A DNA stretch of 64,000 nt from a virus. Below the pieces are notes generated by a model that saw nothing but the letters and a program-made list of their open reading frames with translations, did not search any database and was not told the DNA's origin. The stretch is from the IMG/VR virus record IMGVR_UViG_3300017766_003987, positions 43,267-107,266 of that record; one strand, given 5' to 3'. Below are positions 46,759-57,443 of the stretch, in pieces. Both the position numbers and the translations under genes were made by a program. Within the stretch, counting starts at the first letter, position 1; each line of letters starts with the position of its first letter.

Positions 46759-47114
46759 CAGGCAAGAGTCGGATCACGCAGACGCCAAAGAAGCGAAGCA
46801 ATCGGGTTTGCAATGTTCGCCGGAATCGTGTTAGATAACCCGCTGAGCCAAGCGGCAGAAGACCCATCAGGGCTATCGTCCAGAAGAGCGCGTACCGTAA
46901 GGATAACCGCTGAGGTAACTCTAGGCGGAACTGGATTGTCTTCATCTTCAATATCCCAATCCGCTTTTGCAGCAACTGTAACAAAATCAAGCACGATATC
47001 TTCAGCCTGCTCGATCTTCATTACAATATCGTCATAGCGATCCCCCGTCGCAGTCTGAAGGTTCAGACCGAGACGGAGCGCCATGTTCACTTGTGCGACA
47101 GTAACGAGTGCCAT
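46758..47114 (-). CDS. head-tail connector (gp6-like)
   Basis: MALVT..V..ALRL; C-terminal LLWRLRDPTLA. Confidence 0.75.
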   Translation of the reverse strand: MALVTVAQVNMALRLGLNLQTATGDRYDDIVMKIEQAEDIVLDFVTVAAKADWDIEDEDNPVPPRVTSAVILTVRALLDDSPDGSSAAWLSGLSNTIPANIANPIASLLWRLRDPTLA

Positions 47115-47115
47115 T

Positions 47116-49527
47116 TTACCCTTCCAGCTTCACAGAGGACGCCGGACCCTTCGGTTCGACAGGACGATCCTTGCCGTCACGACCCTTCTTCACAGCCAGG
47201 CGCCATTCATCGCCAGTGCCCGGCTTTTCAGATGTATGCTTCTGAGCAATCCAGAACGACCCACCAAAAGTGACACCATCCGACTTGAGATACGAAGTGC
47301 CGTCCTTATAGACGCCCTTGTCGCTCAGCATCGGCACAAAGAATTTCCATTCCTTGAGGTTATCGCCCTTGCCTGCGTAAATCACGAGTTCCTTCTTGTC
47401 GTCGTCAAACTCAACGCTCATGTCATCGAATCCAACGCCGTCAAGCCCGTCCTTCGGCCGAGGGATGGAATCGACGTGTTGCTTGATTGTCGCAGCAACA
47501 ATGCCCATATCGACGTCTTGCCCATCGCGCCCGATAACAGGCCCGAGCTGCTTCGCCTCGCCGTTCGTGAGAGTGACAACCAATTCACCGGCACGGTCGA
47601 TAAGGGCACTCGCGAGACCGATACCGTCACGACCATCCTTCGGAACAGGGATCTCGGCAACAGCTTTCGAAACCAGTTCAGTAAGAACAGGCGTGACCTC
47701 TTCGACGGTGATGCTCTTACCATCCTGTGGACGCGGGATGAGTGCAATTTCCTTGCGGATAGTCTCATCCACGACACCCATGTCAACGTCTTTGCCGTCC
47801 TGACCTTTGACAACACCAAGGTCAACCAGCTTGCCGTCACTATACCAAAGGTTAAGACGCCCATTCTCGTGGAGCTTAACGTCGGTTATCCCAATCCCGT
47901 CCTTACCGTTGACAGGCGGAGGCAGCGCCTCAAAACCCTTGAGAACATGCTCAGCGATAATCGCCTGAACTTCGTTGAGGTCAACGTTCTGACCGTCAGC
48001 GCCCTTAACCTTTCCAGCAACGACCTGCTCTTCCGTATCAAGAACCACGACTAAATCGCCGTGCTCGTCAACTTCGATTGTCTTGATACCCACACCTGGT
48101 TTGCCGTCAACAGGTTTCGGCAACTCGCTAACCTGAAGAGCAACCTCTTCAAAAACGATCTGCTTCAACAACGTCTGATCGATAACAGCGTCCTTACCGG
48201 CAGGCGCAGGCGGGATGGCTGCAACGACTTCTTCGATGGCGCTCTTGATCTGCGCATTGAGTTCAGCAAGATCGACTTCGTCAGCCTTGATTTTGCCGAG
48301 GTTCGTATGCCCGCCGTCGCCAATCTCGAGCCAAAGCTCGCCCAGATCCGAGATGTGGACGCTCTTGATGCTCACCGGCTCAGGAATCTGGATCGAGGCC
48401 ATCTTTTCATCGATGTACAAAGCAGCCTTACTGATGATCTGATCAACGTCGACTTCAGAAGCATCCTTACCGTTGACGCCATCTGTGCCATCTTTACCGA
48501 CAACAAACCCAAGGCTCTTGAATTCGTCTTCGCCAGTCATCCTGACTTGAAGCTGACCATTTATAGCAAGCCGAGCTTCTTCGATGCCCTTGGGTACCGG
48601 GATAGCAGCAACCATCGCATCGAGCTCAGTGGAAATCCACTTGCCCAATTCGACGCGGTCAACATCCTTGCCGTCTGTACCAACAACCTTGCCCAGATCG
48701 TAGTTCTTGCCGTCACTCATCGTGAGCGAGAGCTTCCCCTCGATCATACGGATATCCGTGATCGAAACAGGAACCGGCAACTCACCGACGGCGCGGTGCA
48801 CTTCGTCCGAGATCTTGCCAACGGCCCAGTCGATATCGAAGTCGAGACCCTTCTCGCCATCCTTACCGTTCTGGCCATCTTTGCCATCACGCCCGTCCTT
48901 ACCGATAACCTCGCCCAGATCGTGAAACAAATCAGAATCACTCAGCTTGACAAGCAGGTGGCCCTCATCCGAAAGAACGATCTTATCGATGCCGCGACCA
49001 TCCTTCCCACTGATCGCTTCCACAGGAAGCGTGGAGACCTGAGATTCCAGAGCGTCAATGCGCTTAGCGACTTCGCCATCAACCCCGACAATTGCAGAGT
49101 TGAGATCTTCATTGATCTGTGCAAGCGTCTCGCTTAGCGTGGAAACGCTTTCAGCAAAGCCTGCTGAAACTTCTTGTAGCGAGGACGAAACTTCAAGCAG
49201 AGCTTTCGAATGTTGCGTATTCTGTTCCGCAAGCTCTTCGTGCACCGTGCCGACGGCTTTGTCGATCATGTCAACGAACGCCGAACGCTCGAGCGTCACT
49301 GCGGCAATGCGCTGGTCCACCCCGGCCAGCGCGTCATTGATCGCCTTCGGCAGGACTGAGGCAACCGCATCGCCGATCAGGGTTTTGTAATCGATCTTCG
49401 CCAAATCAGAAATCTGCGTCTCAAGACCATCGATCCGCTTTACCAGCGGTTCAGTCTGATCCTTGAGAAAACGCTTGACTTCGGCTACGACTTCCTTGCC
49501 AAACGCGGCACCGTCGAAGTCCGTCAT
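47116..49527 (-). CDS. large repeat protein with collagen-like GKDG motifs
   Basis: N-terminal coiled coil, about 7 repeats of ~70 aa, C-terminal GGSFWIA..WRLAVKKGRDGKD. Confidence 0.75.
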   Translation of the reverse strand: MTDFDGAAFGKEVVAEVKRFLKDQTEPLVKRIDGLETQISDLAKIDYKTLIGDAVASVLPKAINDALAGVDQRIAAVTLERSAFVDMIDKAVGTVHEELAEQNTQHSKALLEVSSSLQEVSAGFAESVSTLSETLAQINEDLNSAIVGVDGEVAKRIDALESQVSTLPVEAISGKDGRGIDKIVLSDEGHLLVKLSDSDLFHDLGEVIGKDGRDGKDGQNGKDGEKGLDFDIDWAVGKISDEVHRAVGELPVPVSITDIRMIEGKLSLTMSDGKNYDLGKVVGTDGKDVDRVELGKWISTELDAMVAAIPVPKGIEEARLAINGQLQVRMTGEDEFKSLGFVVGKDGTDGVNGKDASEVDVDQIISKAALYIDEKMASIQIPEPVSIKSVHISDLGELWLEIGDGGHTNLGKIKADEVDLAELNAQIKSAIEEVVAAIPPAPAGKDAVIDQTLLKQIVFEEVALQVSELPKPVDGKPGVGIKTIEVDEHGDLVVVLDTEEQVVAGKVKGADGQNVDLNEVQAIIAEHVLKGFEALPPPVNGKDGIGITDVKLHENGRLNLWYSDGKLVDLGVVKGQDGKDVDMGVVDETIRKEIALIPRPQDGKSITVEEVTPVLTELVSKAVAEIPVPKDGRDGIGLASALIDRAGELVVTLTNGEAKQLGPVIGRDGQDVDMGIVAATIKQHVDSIPRPKDGLDGVGFDDMSVEFDDDKKELVIYAGKGDNLKEWKFFVPMLSDKGVYKDGTSYLKSDGVTFGGSFWIAQKHTSEKPGTGDEWRLAVKKGRDGKDRPVEPKGPASSVKLEG

Positions 49528-50930
49528 TATCGGAATCCCTTCATAATCTCAATCAGAGCCTTGCTTGCCTGATCTGCGGTATTGTCATTGGCGGGCGGCG
49601 CATCAGCAGCCGGTACAGGGGTATCGGTCGCGGCAGGTTTATCGGTCGTGCCGGTCTTGAAAGGGTCAGCTTGAGCGTCACGCTTCGCAAGCGCATCCAG
49701 GCTATAGTCCTGTTGCTGACGAAGCACAACATCGCCGCCGCTTTTCGGAGGAAGGTTAAGACGCTTGCGACCTTCATTCGGCGTGAGGTAGTTTCGGCCT
49801 TTGTCGAGAACGTCCATTTGCGTAGCCCCATCCATGCGGAGGAGGTTTTCGATATCGAGTTGCGTGCCGAGCGTGTAGCCTGTATTCAAACCTTCATCCA
49901 AGCACATTTCGATAGCCTCGATTAGCACTTGCAGACACTGCGAATAGTATTCAAGGTTCAGAGCCTGCATGTTGTTATTGGCAGGCACAACCCCGACACC
50001 GATCTTGTACGGTGGAACGTGATACGTTGAACAAACGACTTCGGAGGTATACTTCAGCTGCTCAATGAGCTGGGAGTCGACCGCCTTCTGATACATCTGC
50101 TCGAATTTGAGGCCGTCGCCGAGCACTGCGATCTTGCCGCGGTTACGACCCGAATAATTCTCTTCCCAATACGCCTTGAGGCGATCAGCCGTTGTCTGAT
50201 CGATAGCGCCAGGTGCAACGAGTACGCCACCTGGCTGCGAACCATTCGAGAAGAAGTGCGTGGAATTGTTCTGGATCGACAAACCACCCATCGCAGCGAG
50301 CCCGCTTGCGAAAATGGGGGATAGCCCGACCAGCGGATGAAAGAAGCAATTAAAACGGTCGTGAATGATCTCGCTTGCAGGTACGATAATCGTCGCCTGC
50401 TCGATGCCACTCAGGTGATCGGTATTGAGTTGATAGAAAACGTCGCCTGTCGTAGCAACTAAAACTGTCACTCTGGTAGGATCGAGAATGTAAAGCTTGG
50501 TAACGACGTTTCGATTATCGCGCTGCTTCAGAATGTACGTATTGCCCATTTGCAGCTTGGACAACACCCAGTTCTCGAGGAACTGCATACGATTCTGGAA
50601 ATGGTTCGGCTTGCGAAGAACCGGGTCATAAGCGGAATTGGACGTTTCGATCCAGAGTCCATTCTCATCCAACTTCACTAACTTGATAGCAAGCTTCGAA
50701 ATGTCGGAGGCGATCAGGGTACGGCATGCAAAATCCGCGCTAAAGCTAAGCACACTTTCGTACTTAACTTCAACGTTCTGCTGCCATGCGCCGGCAAAGG
50801 ATTCTCGGACGATATTGAGCCAGCCTCGACTGTCGTTAACAGTTGAAACTGCCCCTGAGCCGCGGCCTGCCGCTTTCGTAACGTTCCGGACAAAAGACCG
50901 GAAGCTACCGACTATGCCTTGCTGAGCCAT
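49527..50930 (-). CDS. HK97-family portal protein
   Basis: KPNHFQ, GNTY, SEIIHDR, GLSPI, LTPNEGR..NLPP..GGD motifs. Confidence 0.92.
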   Translation of the reverse strand: MAQQGIVGSFRSFVRNVTKAAGRGSGAVSTVNDSRGWLNIVRESFAGAWQQNVEVKYESVLSFSADFACRTLIASDISKLAIKLVKLDENGLWIETSNSAYDPVLRKPNHFQNRMQFLENWVLSKLQMGNTYILKQRDNRNVVTKLYILDPTRVTVLVATTGDVFYQLNTDHLSGIEQATIIVPASEIIHDRFNCFFHPLVGLSPIFASGLAAMGGLSIQNNSTHFFSNGSQPGGVLVAPGAIDQTTADRLKAYWEENYSGRNRGKIAVLGDGLKFEQMYQKAVDSQLIEQLKYTSEVVCSTYHVPPYKIGVGVVPANNNMQALNLEYYSQCLQVLIEAIEMCLDEGLNTGYTLGTQLDIENLLRMDGATQMDVLDKGRNYLTPNEGRKRLNLPPKSGGDVVLRQQQDYSLDALAKRDAQADPFKTGTTDKPAATDTPVPAADAPPANDNTADQASKALIEIMKGFR

Positions 50931-51143
50931 CGAGCTTAGTCCTTTTCAGGAATTGTGCTAACCACCCCAAGCTCCATACCGGGCTCAAGAATGAGGATAG
51001 GCCCTGTTTCACCGTGCGTAAATTTGCTCCAGATTTCCTGAAACTTTTCAACTGCTTCACGGGTAAGCGGACGAGAAACTTTTAGGACGAACTTGTCGCC
51101 CTTTTTGATCTGGAGGCGCTGCATGTCACCAACGAACCGGATA

Positions 51144-52079
51144 TCAGACACTGTCGTTTTCCCTCTCGGTTCGTCCGCAGAAGACTGTTTCGCGGTAACC
51201 ATGCAAATAAGCCAGGCGTTCCGCGTGACGATCATCCCTTGCGACCGCCAAAACGTCAACCGGCCAATGTGCTGCGGCCTCCGGGGAAGCAATAACAGCA
51301 TCGAAATCAGAATTCAAGGTAGCTTCCTCAGCTTCCTCCCAGACATTCTGAGCGTGACCTAGCAAAAGCGCCCGTCCGCGCGGGGATCGCGCGTAGTGTT
51401 TGGATATCCAACTTGGCTCGTCATCCTCAATAAGTTCCCAAGGCTTGATGCTACCTGGAAAAAACAGAATTCGGGTGCCGGGTAGCGAGCCCCGACGGTA
51501 TCCTTGCCAAAAGTGGACACCGTGCTCAGGACCCCAAGTCTGCTCTTTCGGACCGAGGCAATACGCAATCCAAGCTTGATCGGAACCCAGATGCAATTTG
51601 CCAGCTTTTGTTGCGGCCTCGAGTGTTATCGTATCGTAGACTTTAGTTCGGGCACCTGCTCGGATATACATCATCGAACCATTATAGGCTCGATCAGATG
51701 TCGTACCTCGGAAGATGGCAAAGTCTTTCACGTCCTCGAAAAGAGGATCTAGGGGGCCGCCTATGACGCAATCCAAATCCATGCACACAATTTCATCGCC
51801 GAAAATCTGTCCTGCGTTCGGACCGAACATAGCAATCCGACGTAAGCATTGAGGGCGAGCCTCGCCCCAGCTCGGAATGCGCCAATTTTCAAAGTCGCCT
51901 GGAGGTTTAATAATCTCGATTGACGGATCGATACCTTCCGGCGTCGCCGTCACGCAAGCGATCCGGTGAGGCCAAGATAAGTTACGCCGAACCATGTCTG
52001 CCCACACATTGACGTTAAAAGCAGAATAGGACGATCTGCCTTCAGGCTGTTGCCAAAACCAACTGAGAACCGTTAGCAT
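51144..52079 (-). CDS. GT-A fold glycosyltransferase-like protein
   Basis: CMDLDCVI (DxD), YNGSMM, SDQAWI and FFPG..KPW motifs. Confidence 0.7.
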   Translation of the reverse strand: MLTVLSWFWQQPEGRSSYSAFNVNVWADMVRRNLSWPHRIACVTATPEGIDPSIEIIKPPGDFENWRIPSWGEARPQCLRRIAMFGPNAGQIFGDEIVCMDLDCVIGGPLDPLFEDVKDFAIFRGTTSDRAYNGSMMYIRAGARTKVYDTITLEAATKAGKLHLGSDQAWIAYCLGPKEQTWGPEHGVHFWQGYRRGSLPGTRILFFPGSIKPWELIEDDEPSWISKHYARSPRGRALLLGHAQNVWEEAEEATLNSDFDAVIASPEAAAHWPVDVLAVARDDRHAERLAYLHGYRETVFCGRTERENDSV

Positions 52080-52080
52080 T

Positions 52081-52824
52081 CTACAAGACCTGAGTCCAAG
52101 GGAAATCGAGCGTCTTTATCCGATTGCGTTCACCCCGAGCAATCTTTTCTGCCCAGATGCGTTCTCGAGCGCCAATCATGCGACCCTCCTTACGTTGCAC
52201 GTCACGCGTTGAAGCATCGGCAACAATGTTCGACCAATAACGCACAAGTGATACCTTTGGAAGCATTTTGATGCCAGCACGATCTTGCACGCGCTGACGA
52301 AATAAGCTATCCGTTCCGTAGAGCCCGCAAAAATCCTCGTCATACCCACCGATGTGCCAATAGGTTCCTCGCGTGAGAATGAAACTGTTTGGATGTGGCT
52401 TTAGCTGCCCGTTCTTCATGGTCGGTAAACCAGTATCAGCTTCGACTCTGTGCGGCATATATACAGTTGTCTTATGCAGGTCATCAAGAGATCGAAATAA
52501 CGCTTCCAGCGACAATTCAGGAAAGACATGATCCATGTCAGTCATTAGCATCCAACCGTCCTCAGCTACATGCGCGCCGAGATTGCGCGCTGCGTGCTGG
52601 TGCCAAGGACGATCCTCGAGAACACGATAGATGGAAAGATCCGGAAGCTTTGCAGGACGAGGAACATTAATCGCTGCTTCATCGAGATCGGGCGTACCAT
52701 CGTCGACCAGGATAATCGCAACACGATCTCTTAACCGCTTAGGCCATTTCGACCAAGTTTGATACTGTAAAGACAGCATATTAGGATTGCGATAGTACGG
52801 CATTACCAAAGTTAGATCGAACAC
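52081..52824 (-). CDS. family 2 glycosyltransferase
   Basis: LVMPYY, ILVDDG, ARNLGA, TDMDH and GGYDEDF.G.YG.D motifs. Confidence 0.85.
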   Translation of the reverse strand: MFDLTLVMPYYRNPNMLSLQYQTWSKWPKRLRDRVAIILVDDGTPDLDEAAINVPRPAKLPDLSIYRVLEDRPWHQHAARNLGAHVAEDGWMLMTDMDHVFPELSLEALFRSLDDLHKTTVYMPHRVEADTGLPTMKNGQLKPHPNSFILTRGTYWHIGGYDEDFCGLYGTDSLFRQRVQDRAGIKMLPKVSLVRYWSNIVADASTRDVQRKEGRMIGARERIWAEKIARGERNRIKTLDFPWTQVL

Positions 52825-53669
52825 GGAACAACTTCCTGAGTTTCAGTGCACCAAACAGGGATACCCGCTTCTCGAGCAATGATAGTTGCTTGCTTAAGAC
52901 TGGATTCGATGTAAAATTCAAGGCCCAATCGCCTAACCTGCTCGGCTTTCCACATTCCCCGGCCGCCCGCTGCCATACGTTCGGCCTTCGTCGCATACGG
53001 CATCATCGTGAGACTGTCGAATTGGATGCCATACCTGCGAAGTTGGGCAACAGTGGGATCACGATAGGCCTCGAGACGCCCGGTAATCACATGACCGATG
53101 GGGCGAACGGGGAAGTGCAAACCAGGAGCAGTTCGCATAAACTCGAGATAACGAGCGCCGTCGTCATTTTCCTCTCGAGTGGGATCAGGACAGAACACGC
53201 CGTCAAAATCAAAACCCCAGCGTGACAGGCGGATGTGTTTCCAGAGGTTCCACGCAAACACGCGCGGGCCCGGACACTCCTCAAAAACAATGTCTACCAC
53301 TTTCTTGAACTCTTCTCGGTAGGGACCGTAAACAACCAGCTTGGTTATTTTGAGAGGGAGATGCCGAAGCTGCTCAAGAGCCTGACCCATCGCGCCGCCT
53401 TTGTTGGCGGTATCGTCAACAAGAAGAACTCGGCTGAACGCAGAACGCTCAACAGGATTGAACGTTCGCCCAGATCGCCCAGAGATAACACCCTGAGCGA
53501 ACCCGTTCAAATCAGCAAGAGGCAGTTGAAGCTGAGTGGCGATAATGCTCGCCGGGATCATGCCTGAGCGAGGAATGCCAACTACAACGTCAAAAGAGTT
53601 CCGAGGTATCCGGTGCAGGTTTTGATTGATCGCCCGAACCAGATCACTCGTACTTTTGACATTTAGCAC
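52812..53669 (-). CDS. phosphoribosyltransferase + HAD-like fusion protein
   Basis: VVGIPRSG and VLLVDDTANKGG (PRPP loop); FDFDGV (HAD motif I). Confidence 0.75.
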   Translation of the reverse strand: MLNVKSTSDLVRAINQNLHRIPRNSFDVVVGIPRSGMIPASIIATQLQLPLADLNGFAQGVISGRSGRTFNPVERSAFSRVLLVDDTANKGGAMGQALEQLRHLPLKITKLVVYGPYREEFKKVVDIVFEECPGPRVFAWNLWKHIRLSRWGFDFDGVFCPDPTREENDDGARYLEFMRTAPGLHFPVRPIGHVITGRLEAYRDPTVAQLRRYGIQFDSLTMMPYATKAERMAAGGRGMWKAEQVRRLGLEFYIESSLKQATIIAREAGIPVWCTETQEVVPCSI

Positions 53670-54217
53670 TTTTGCCCTCGGAAGCCCATGTTGATCGAAG
53701 AATGCTTCTTCAAGCCTTTCGGCTCGCCAGCATCTTCGATGTTTACAAGGCCTGCTCGTTCAAAGCACTGCCGCATGTAACGCGGCGTCAGAATTGCGCG
53801 GTGCTTCCAGCTTTCGCCGGCATCGCCTCGTTTGGCATAGTTCAGGATTCGACCCTGAGCAGCAAGAAAGGGATCATCCCGATGAAGCTCACGCTTCCAG
53901 GCGCCGGGTTCACGTGAACACTGCCCGGTTTCTTCCCACTCAAGCATTGCCTGCAACATGGGAACGGCATTGACCGTATGAACTTCAAGAAAGCCGCCCT
54001 TTGCGACTACTCGAGCCCACTCAGCAATGGTCGCCTCAATTTCAAACCACTCGAGATGCTCGATGCAATGCGCGGAATAGACGAAGTCGTATTCACCCCG
54101 TGCAAAAGGAAGCTTCCGCGCATCACTTACAAAGTCAGTGTAAGGACCCGGAACGAGATTGACTGTTTCAAAGCCCGGCAACCTTTCGGCGCCGGGCCCA
54201 ATTTCCAACATTCTCAT
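53663..54217 (-). CDS. class I SAM-dependent methyltransferase
   Basis: LEIGPG, DARKLPF, YSAHCIEH and EWARVVAKGG motifs. Confidence 0.85.
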   Translation of the reverse strand: MRMLEIGPGAERLPGFETVNLVPGPYTDFVSDARKLPFARGEYDFVYSAHCIEHLEWFEIEATIAEWARVVAKGGFLEVHTVNAVPMLQAMLEWEETGQCSREPGAWKRELHRDDPFLAAQGRILNYAKRGDAGESWKHRAILTPRYMRQCFERAGLVNIEDAGEPKGLKKHSSINMGFRGQKC

Positions 54218-54225
54218 CTTGTTGC

Positions 54226-54942
54226 TTACGCCTTCGACTTTTCGAAGTCAGCCATCTTTTCCTTGATCGTCGGAATGTCCCAGCCGGCATAAGCGCGGCG
54301 ACCGACGAGATCGTGATAAGCCTGGCGCACCGTCTGGATGTCTTCCTCGGCAGCGAGAGCAGCTGGAGTCTCGTCCACAGGGGGGACCGGAGCCGGGGTC
54401 ACCTTCGCAGCCTCAGGCGGATCGACAACCTTGCCCGTGCTGTCAACGATGGGCTTTTCGTCGTCATTGCCATCACCGCCGCCGTCGGAATCGCCTGAGC
54501 CCGCGCCTTCGCTGGTCCCCGTGTCGTTTCCTTCGTCGTCGTCGGTCGATGCAGGGGCCGCGGCGAGAATCATCGCGTCGAGCGTGGATTGCAGGCGCAC
54601 TTCGCGATCATTCGTGCCGAGCGAGTTCCACTCGTCAACAGTCATGCCGGACTCTTTGTGAGCCGTGGCAACGATCTTGCCGAGCGAGACGTTCTCATCG
54701 CCGATCTGGTAGTAGGCGTTGAGCAGGCTGGAGCCGAGCAGCATCTCTTGATGTTTGACGCGCTCGGCCAGGCGCTCCGGGATCTGGCCAACTGCACCCT
54801 CCGAACGACCTTCGGACGCGCGACCGAGTGCGATCAGGAGTTTGCCATCGCGACGGCTGGCTTCGAAAGAATCACCTGCGAGCAGACGACGGGTCGAATA
54901 CCGCATGTCCTTCGTTGCCGTCAGAAGCATTTTATTTGACAT
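54226..54942 (-). CDS. head-associated hypothetical protein
   Basis: YSTRRLLAGDSFEA N-terminus; acidic linker. Confidence 0.65.
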   Translation of the reverse strand: MSNKMLLTATKDMRYSTRRLLAGDSFEASRRDGKLLIALGRASEGRSEGAVGQIPERLAERVKHQEMLLGSSLLNAYYQIGDENVSLGKIVATAHKESGMTVDEWNSLGTNDREVRLQSTLDAMILAAAPASTDDDEGNDTGTSEGAGSGDSDGGGDGNDDEKPIVDSTGKVVDPPEAAKVTPAPVPPVDETPAALAAEEDIQTVRQAYHDLVGRRAYAGWDIPTIKEKMADFEKSKA

Positions 54943-55015
54943 TTTAGATCCTTAAGGTTGAATTGCATGTATCATGAGCGGCTTTTGACAAAAAATCAAC
55001 CGAGCGATTTAAAAC

Positions 55016-57190
55016 TCAATTCCAAGCGGAATACCCATTAGGTACCGAATAACTGAATTGGCTGACCTCTGTACGAATACGTACTGAGAAAGTTGACCCA
55101 CCTTGTGCTGCTAAGAACAGCGATCCTGTTGGAACATCATACAAGGTACCATTAAAGCTACCATTTCGGCCAAATTCAACTTTGCGAGCGTCTGCATCAT
55201 ACTTGATGCACAAAACTTGACCACTTGTCATTACGCCCGGGTTAGTCCCCGATTGCAGTGAACCGCCGCGGTAAACTCCTCCCGCTGGATCATATCCTAC
55301 CCCGTTGTTATTTCCACCTATCCAACCTGCATACGATCCTGAAGAGTTTACCAACCCTATACCCGCTCCGCTAAATACAGTTACGCCTTCAATTTCAGCG
55401 TAGTATTTACCAGTCAACCTTGACGAGGTGCTTCGTGTTCCACCTGAGCTACCGGAAGAAATTAAACGACGATTACTTTCTGAAAGAGCTCCTGCGGCAC
55501 CTAGATTAGCAGGGTCCCACGTCGTCAGAGGTGCTGCAGTAACTGCAGCACTAAACGCTTGACTCCCGGCTGAACCATCATCTCCTGTTACAGATATTGT
55601 AAAATTGGCTGTTCCAGAACTGCTGGTAGTTCCGCTTACTTCGCCGGTAGTTGTGTTGATTGACCAGCCTGTTGGAAGGCCTGTCGCCGAAAAAGCAAGA
55701 GTTCCTTGCCCATTCTTAACTGTTGGAGTAAATGAATAAGCTACCCCTGTCGTACCAGCGGGGGGCGTTCCTGATAAAGTAATCAAACGCACAAATGAAT
55801 ATTGCGAGTCGTGAACTATCATTCCTTTGCTGACATCCCCAACAAAGGAAAATGCCGAACCGTTACCCGTTCGAAGTTGTACAAAAAGTTGGGTGATGCC
55901 TGCATTCTTACGAAAGCGGACTAACAGACGATAAACGTTATTTGTAAGTCTTATGATCTGACGATCGAGTATTGTAAGATCTGTACCTATGTCACTTTCA
56001 ATTGTATCTTGGATAGCGGTGAGATTTGTGGTGCTAAAATCGCTGCGCTTCTGATCAGAAAAGCTAGAATTAGTTATCCAAATCTGGAAATCAGTTCTGC
56101 CGACACCCTCTACGTCAAAAGCCATCCACCCTTCAGCTTCACGGGTTGGAATTACGTTATTTCCTGCCGCAATGAACCGACCGTGTGCCGAGTTAGCTGT
56201 TGTTTCTAATAGTCGTCTAGCTGTACTTCCGCCATAAGCATCCGGTTGGCTAGAAGTAGGCGTCATTGCTTGATCTTCAAAGGTCACACCAAATTGGTCT
56301 GTGCCCAGATATGAAAGATCTTCTGTAACTTGTGTGCCGGTAAAAGTAATATTGATATCGTCTATAGTCCAATTACCAGAATGTTGCACAGTAGCAGCAG
56401 CATGAGGCTCAATACCGAACAAAGGATAGTTTCCGCTAAGCCATTCGGATCCTGAAATACGTCCGAGATAGACAAGCCAATCAAACAGAGCTTTCATATC
56501 AAACGTACCAGACATTACATCTGACGGAGGCGCTAGTGTAAAGAATCTACCGTTTAAGCGAACATTATAACTAACGCCACCGTTGCTGTGCGTTCCAATG
56601 AGTGTTCCACCGTTGTGAAACGCTTGTCCTTCTGTTCCGTAATGGTTTATCTGACCCAGCTCAAACCACGCGGCGTTCGTTATGCTACCGCCCTGTGAGG
56701 TGGTCCAATCAATTGATGATAATCCGCTCCTGCCGATCCAAATTTCATTAAGCTGATTGAAGGCGCCACTACCCTCAAAGCTCCAGTCAAAAGTCCAACT
56801 GAAAGACGTAATGTTCTTAACTTGAATAGCAGGTCCGCCCAGCCAGTCAACGTGGTTATATCCTAGAACATTTGGAGACGCAACTGAACCATACCACGAA
56901 TTATAAGTTTGGTCTGGAAATAACCCGGGACGAACAAGCCATTCAGTGCCAAAATCAGTGCCCTCAACACCTGTTGCATTAAATAGATACGCGTACAAAG
57001 CCCAATCACCCGATAGAGGGTACGGATAATTAGTCTGATGGCCTACAACGATCACCCCCACGTCTTTATGAATAGAAGTGACAGCCAGCATGTCCTGCCG
57101 AACTAATTCGTAGTTCAGAACGTCATAGCTGATTAGATCGCCGAGAATGCGGTTAGGCAGCACGGAAAGCACCCACATTGCTATTGGCAC
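55016..57190 (-). CDS. multidomain protein: GH12-like domain + Ig-like domain + SPRY-like domain (start uncertain)
   Basis: NEIW..FELG..FGIEP pattern; GLPTGWSINTTTGEVSGT; GKYYAEI..GIG. Confidence 0.6.
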   Translation of the reverse strand: MPIAMWVLSVLPNRILGDLISYDVLNYELVRQDMLAVTSIHKDVGVIVVGHQTNYPYPLSGDWALYAYLFNATGVEGTDFGTEWLVRPGLFPDQTYNSWYGSVASPNVLGYNHVDWLGGPAIQVKNITSFSWTFDWSFEGSGAFNQLNEIWIGRSGLSSIDWTTSQGGSITNAAWFELGQINHYGTEGQAFHNGGTLIGTHSNGGVSYNVRLNGRFFTLAPPSDVMSGTFDMKALFDWLVYLGRISGSEWLSGNYPLFGIEPHAAATVQHSGNWTIDDINITFTGTQVTEDLSYLGTDQFGVTFEDQAMTPTSSQPDAYGGSTARRLLETTANSAHGRFIAAGNNVIPTREAEGWMAFDVEGVGRTDFQIWITNSSFSDQKRSDFSTTNLTAIQDTIESDIGTDLTILDRQIIRLTNNVYRLLVRFRKNAGITQLFVQLRTGNGSAFSFVGDVSKGMIVHDSQYSFVRLITLSGTPPAGTTGVAYSFTPTVKNGQGTLAFSATGLPTGWSINTTTGEVSGTTSSSGTANFTISVTGDDGSAGSQAFSAAVTAAPLTTWDPANLGAAGALSESNRRLISSGSSGGTRSTSSRLTGKYYAEIEGVTVFSGAGIGLVNSSGSYAGWIGGNNNGVGYDPAGGVYRGGSLQSGTNPGVMTSGQVLCIKYDADARKVEFGRNGSFNGTLYDVPTGSLFLAAQGGSTFSVRIRTEVSQFSYSVPNGYSAWN

Positions 57191-57443
57191 GAGGAAGACG
57201 ACGAAGCAAATAAACGCCTGGAACCGAAAGTACAGCGACCGGTTTAGCTGCGCTTAATTTGCCGCATTGCCAATACTGCGAGTTTGCATCTTTGAGGAGA
57301 ACGAGAACTTCTGCGCCAGCTGGGATAGCGCTAGCATCATCCGAAGTGTTTAGACCAACCGCAACCGGAATACCTGCGGTGACCGTGATCTCATTCGAAT
57401 CTGCGGCAGTGTCGTCAACTGGAATGATTTGCGAAGCGGCCAT
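57153..57443 (-). CDS. small structural hypothetical protein
   Basis: Beta-rich ORF following the capsid terminator. Confidence 0.55.
   Translation of the reverse strand: MAASQIIPVDDTAADSNEITVTAGIPVAVGLNTSDDASAIPAGAEVLVLLKDANSQYWQCGKLSAAKPVAVLSVPGVYLLRRLPRANSNVGAFRAA

Noticed and set aside
47083-49137. Long antisense ORFs (also 6611-7939, 19755-20627, 31039-32127, 58715-59557)
   Set aside because: Shadows of strongly codon-biased real genes on the opposite strand.
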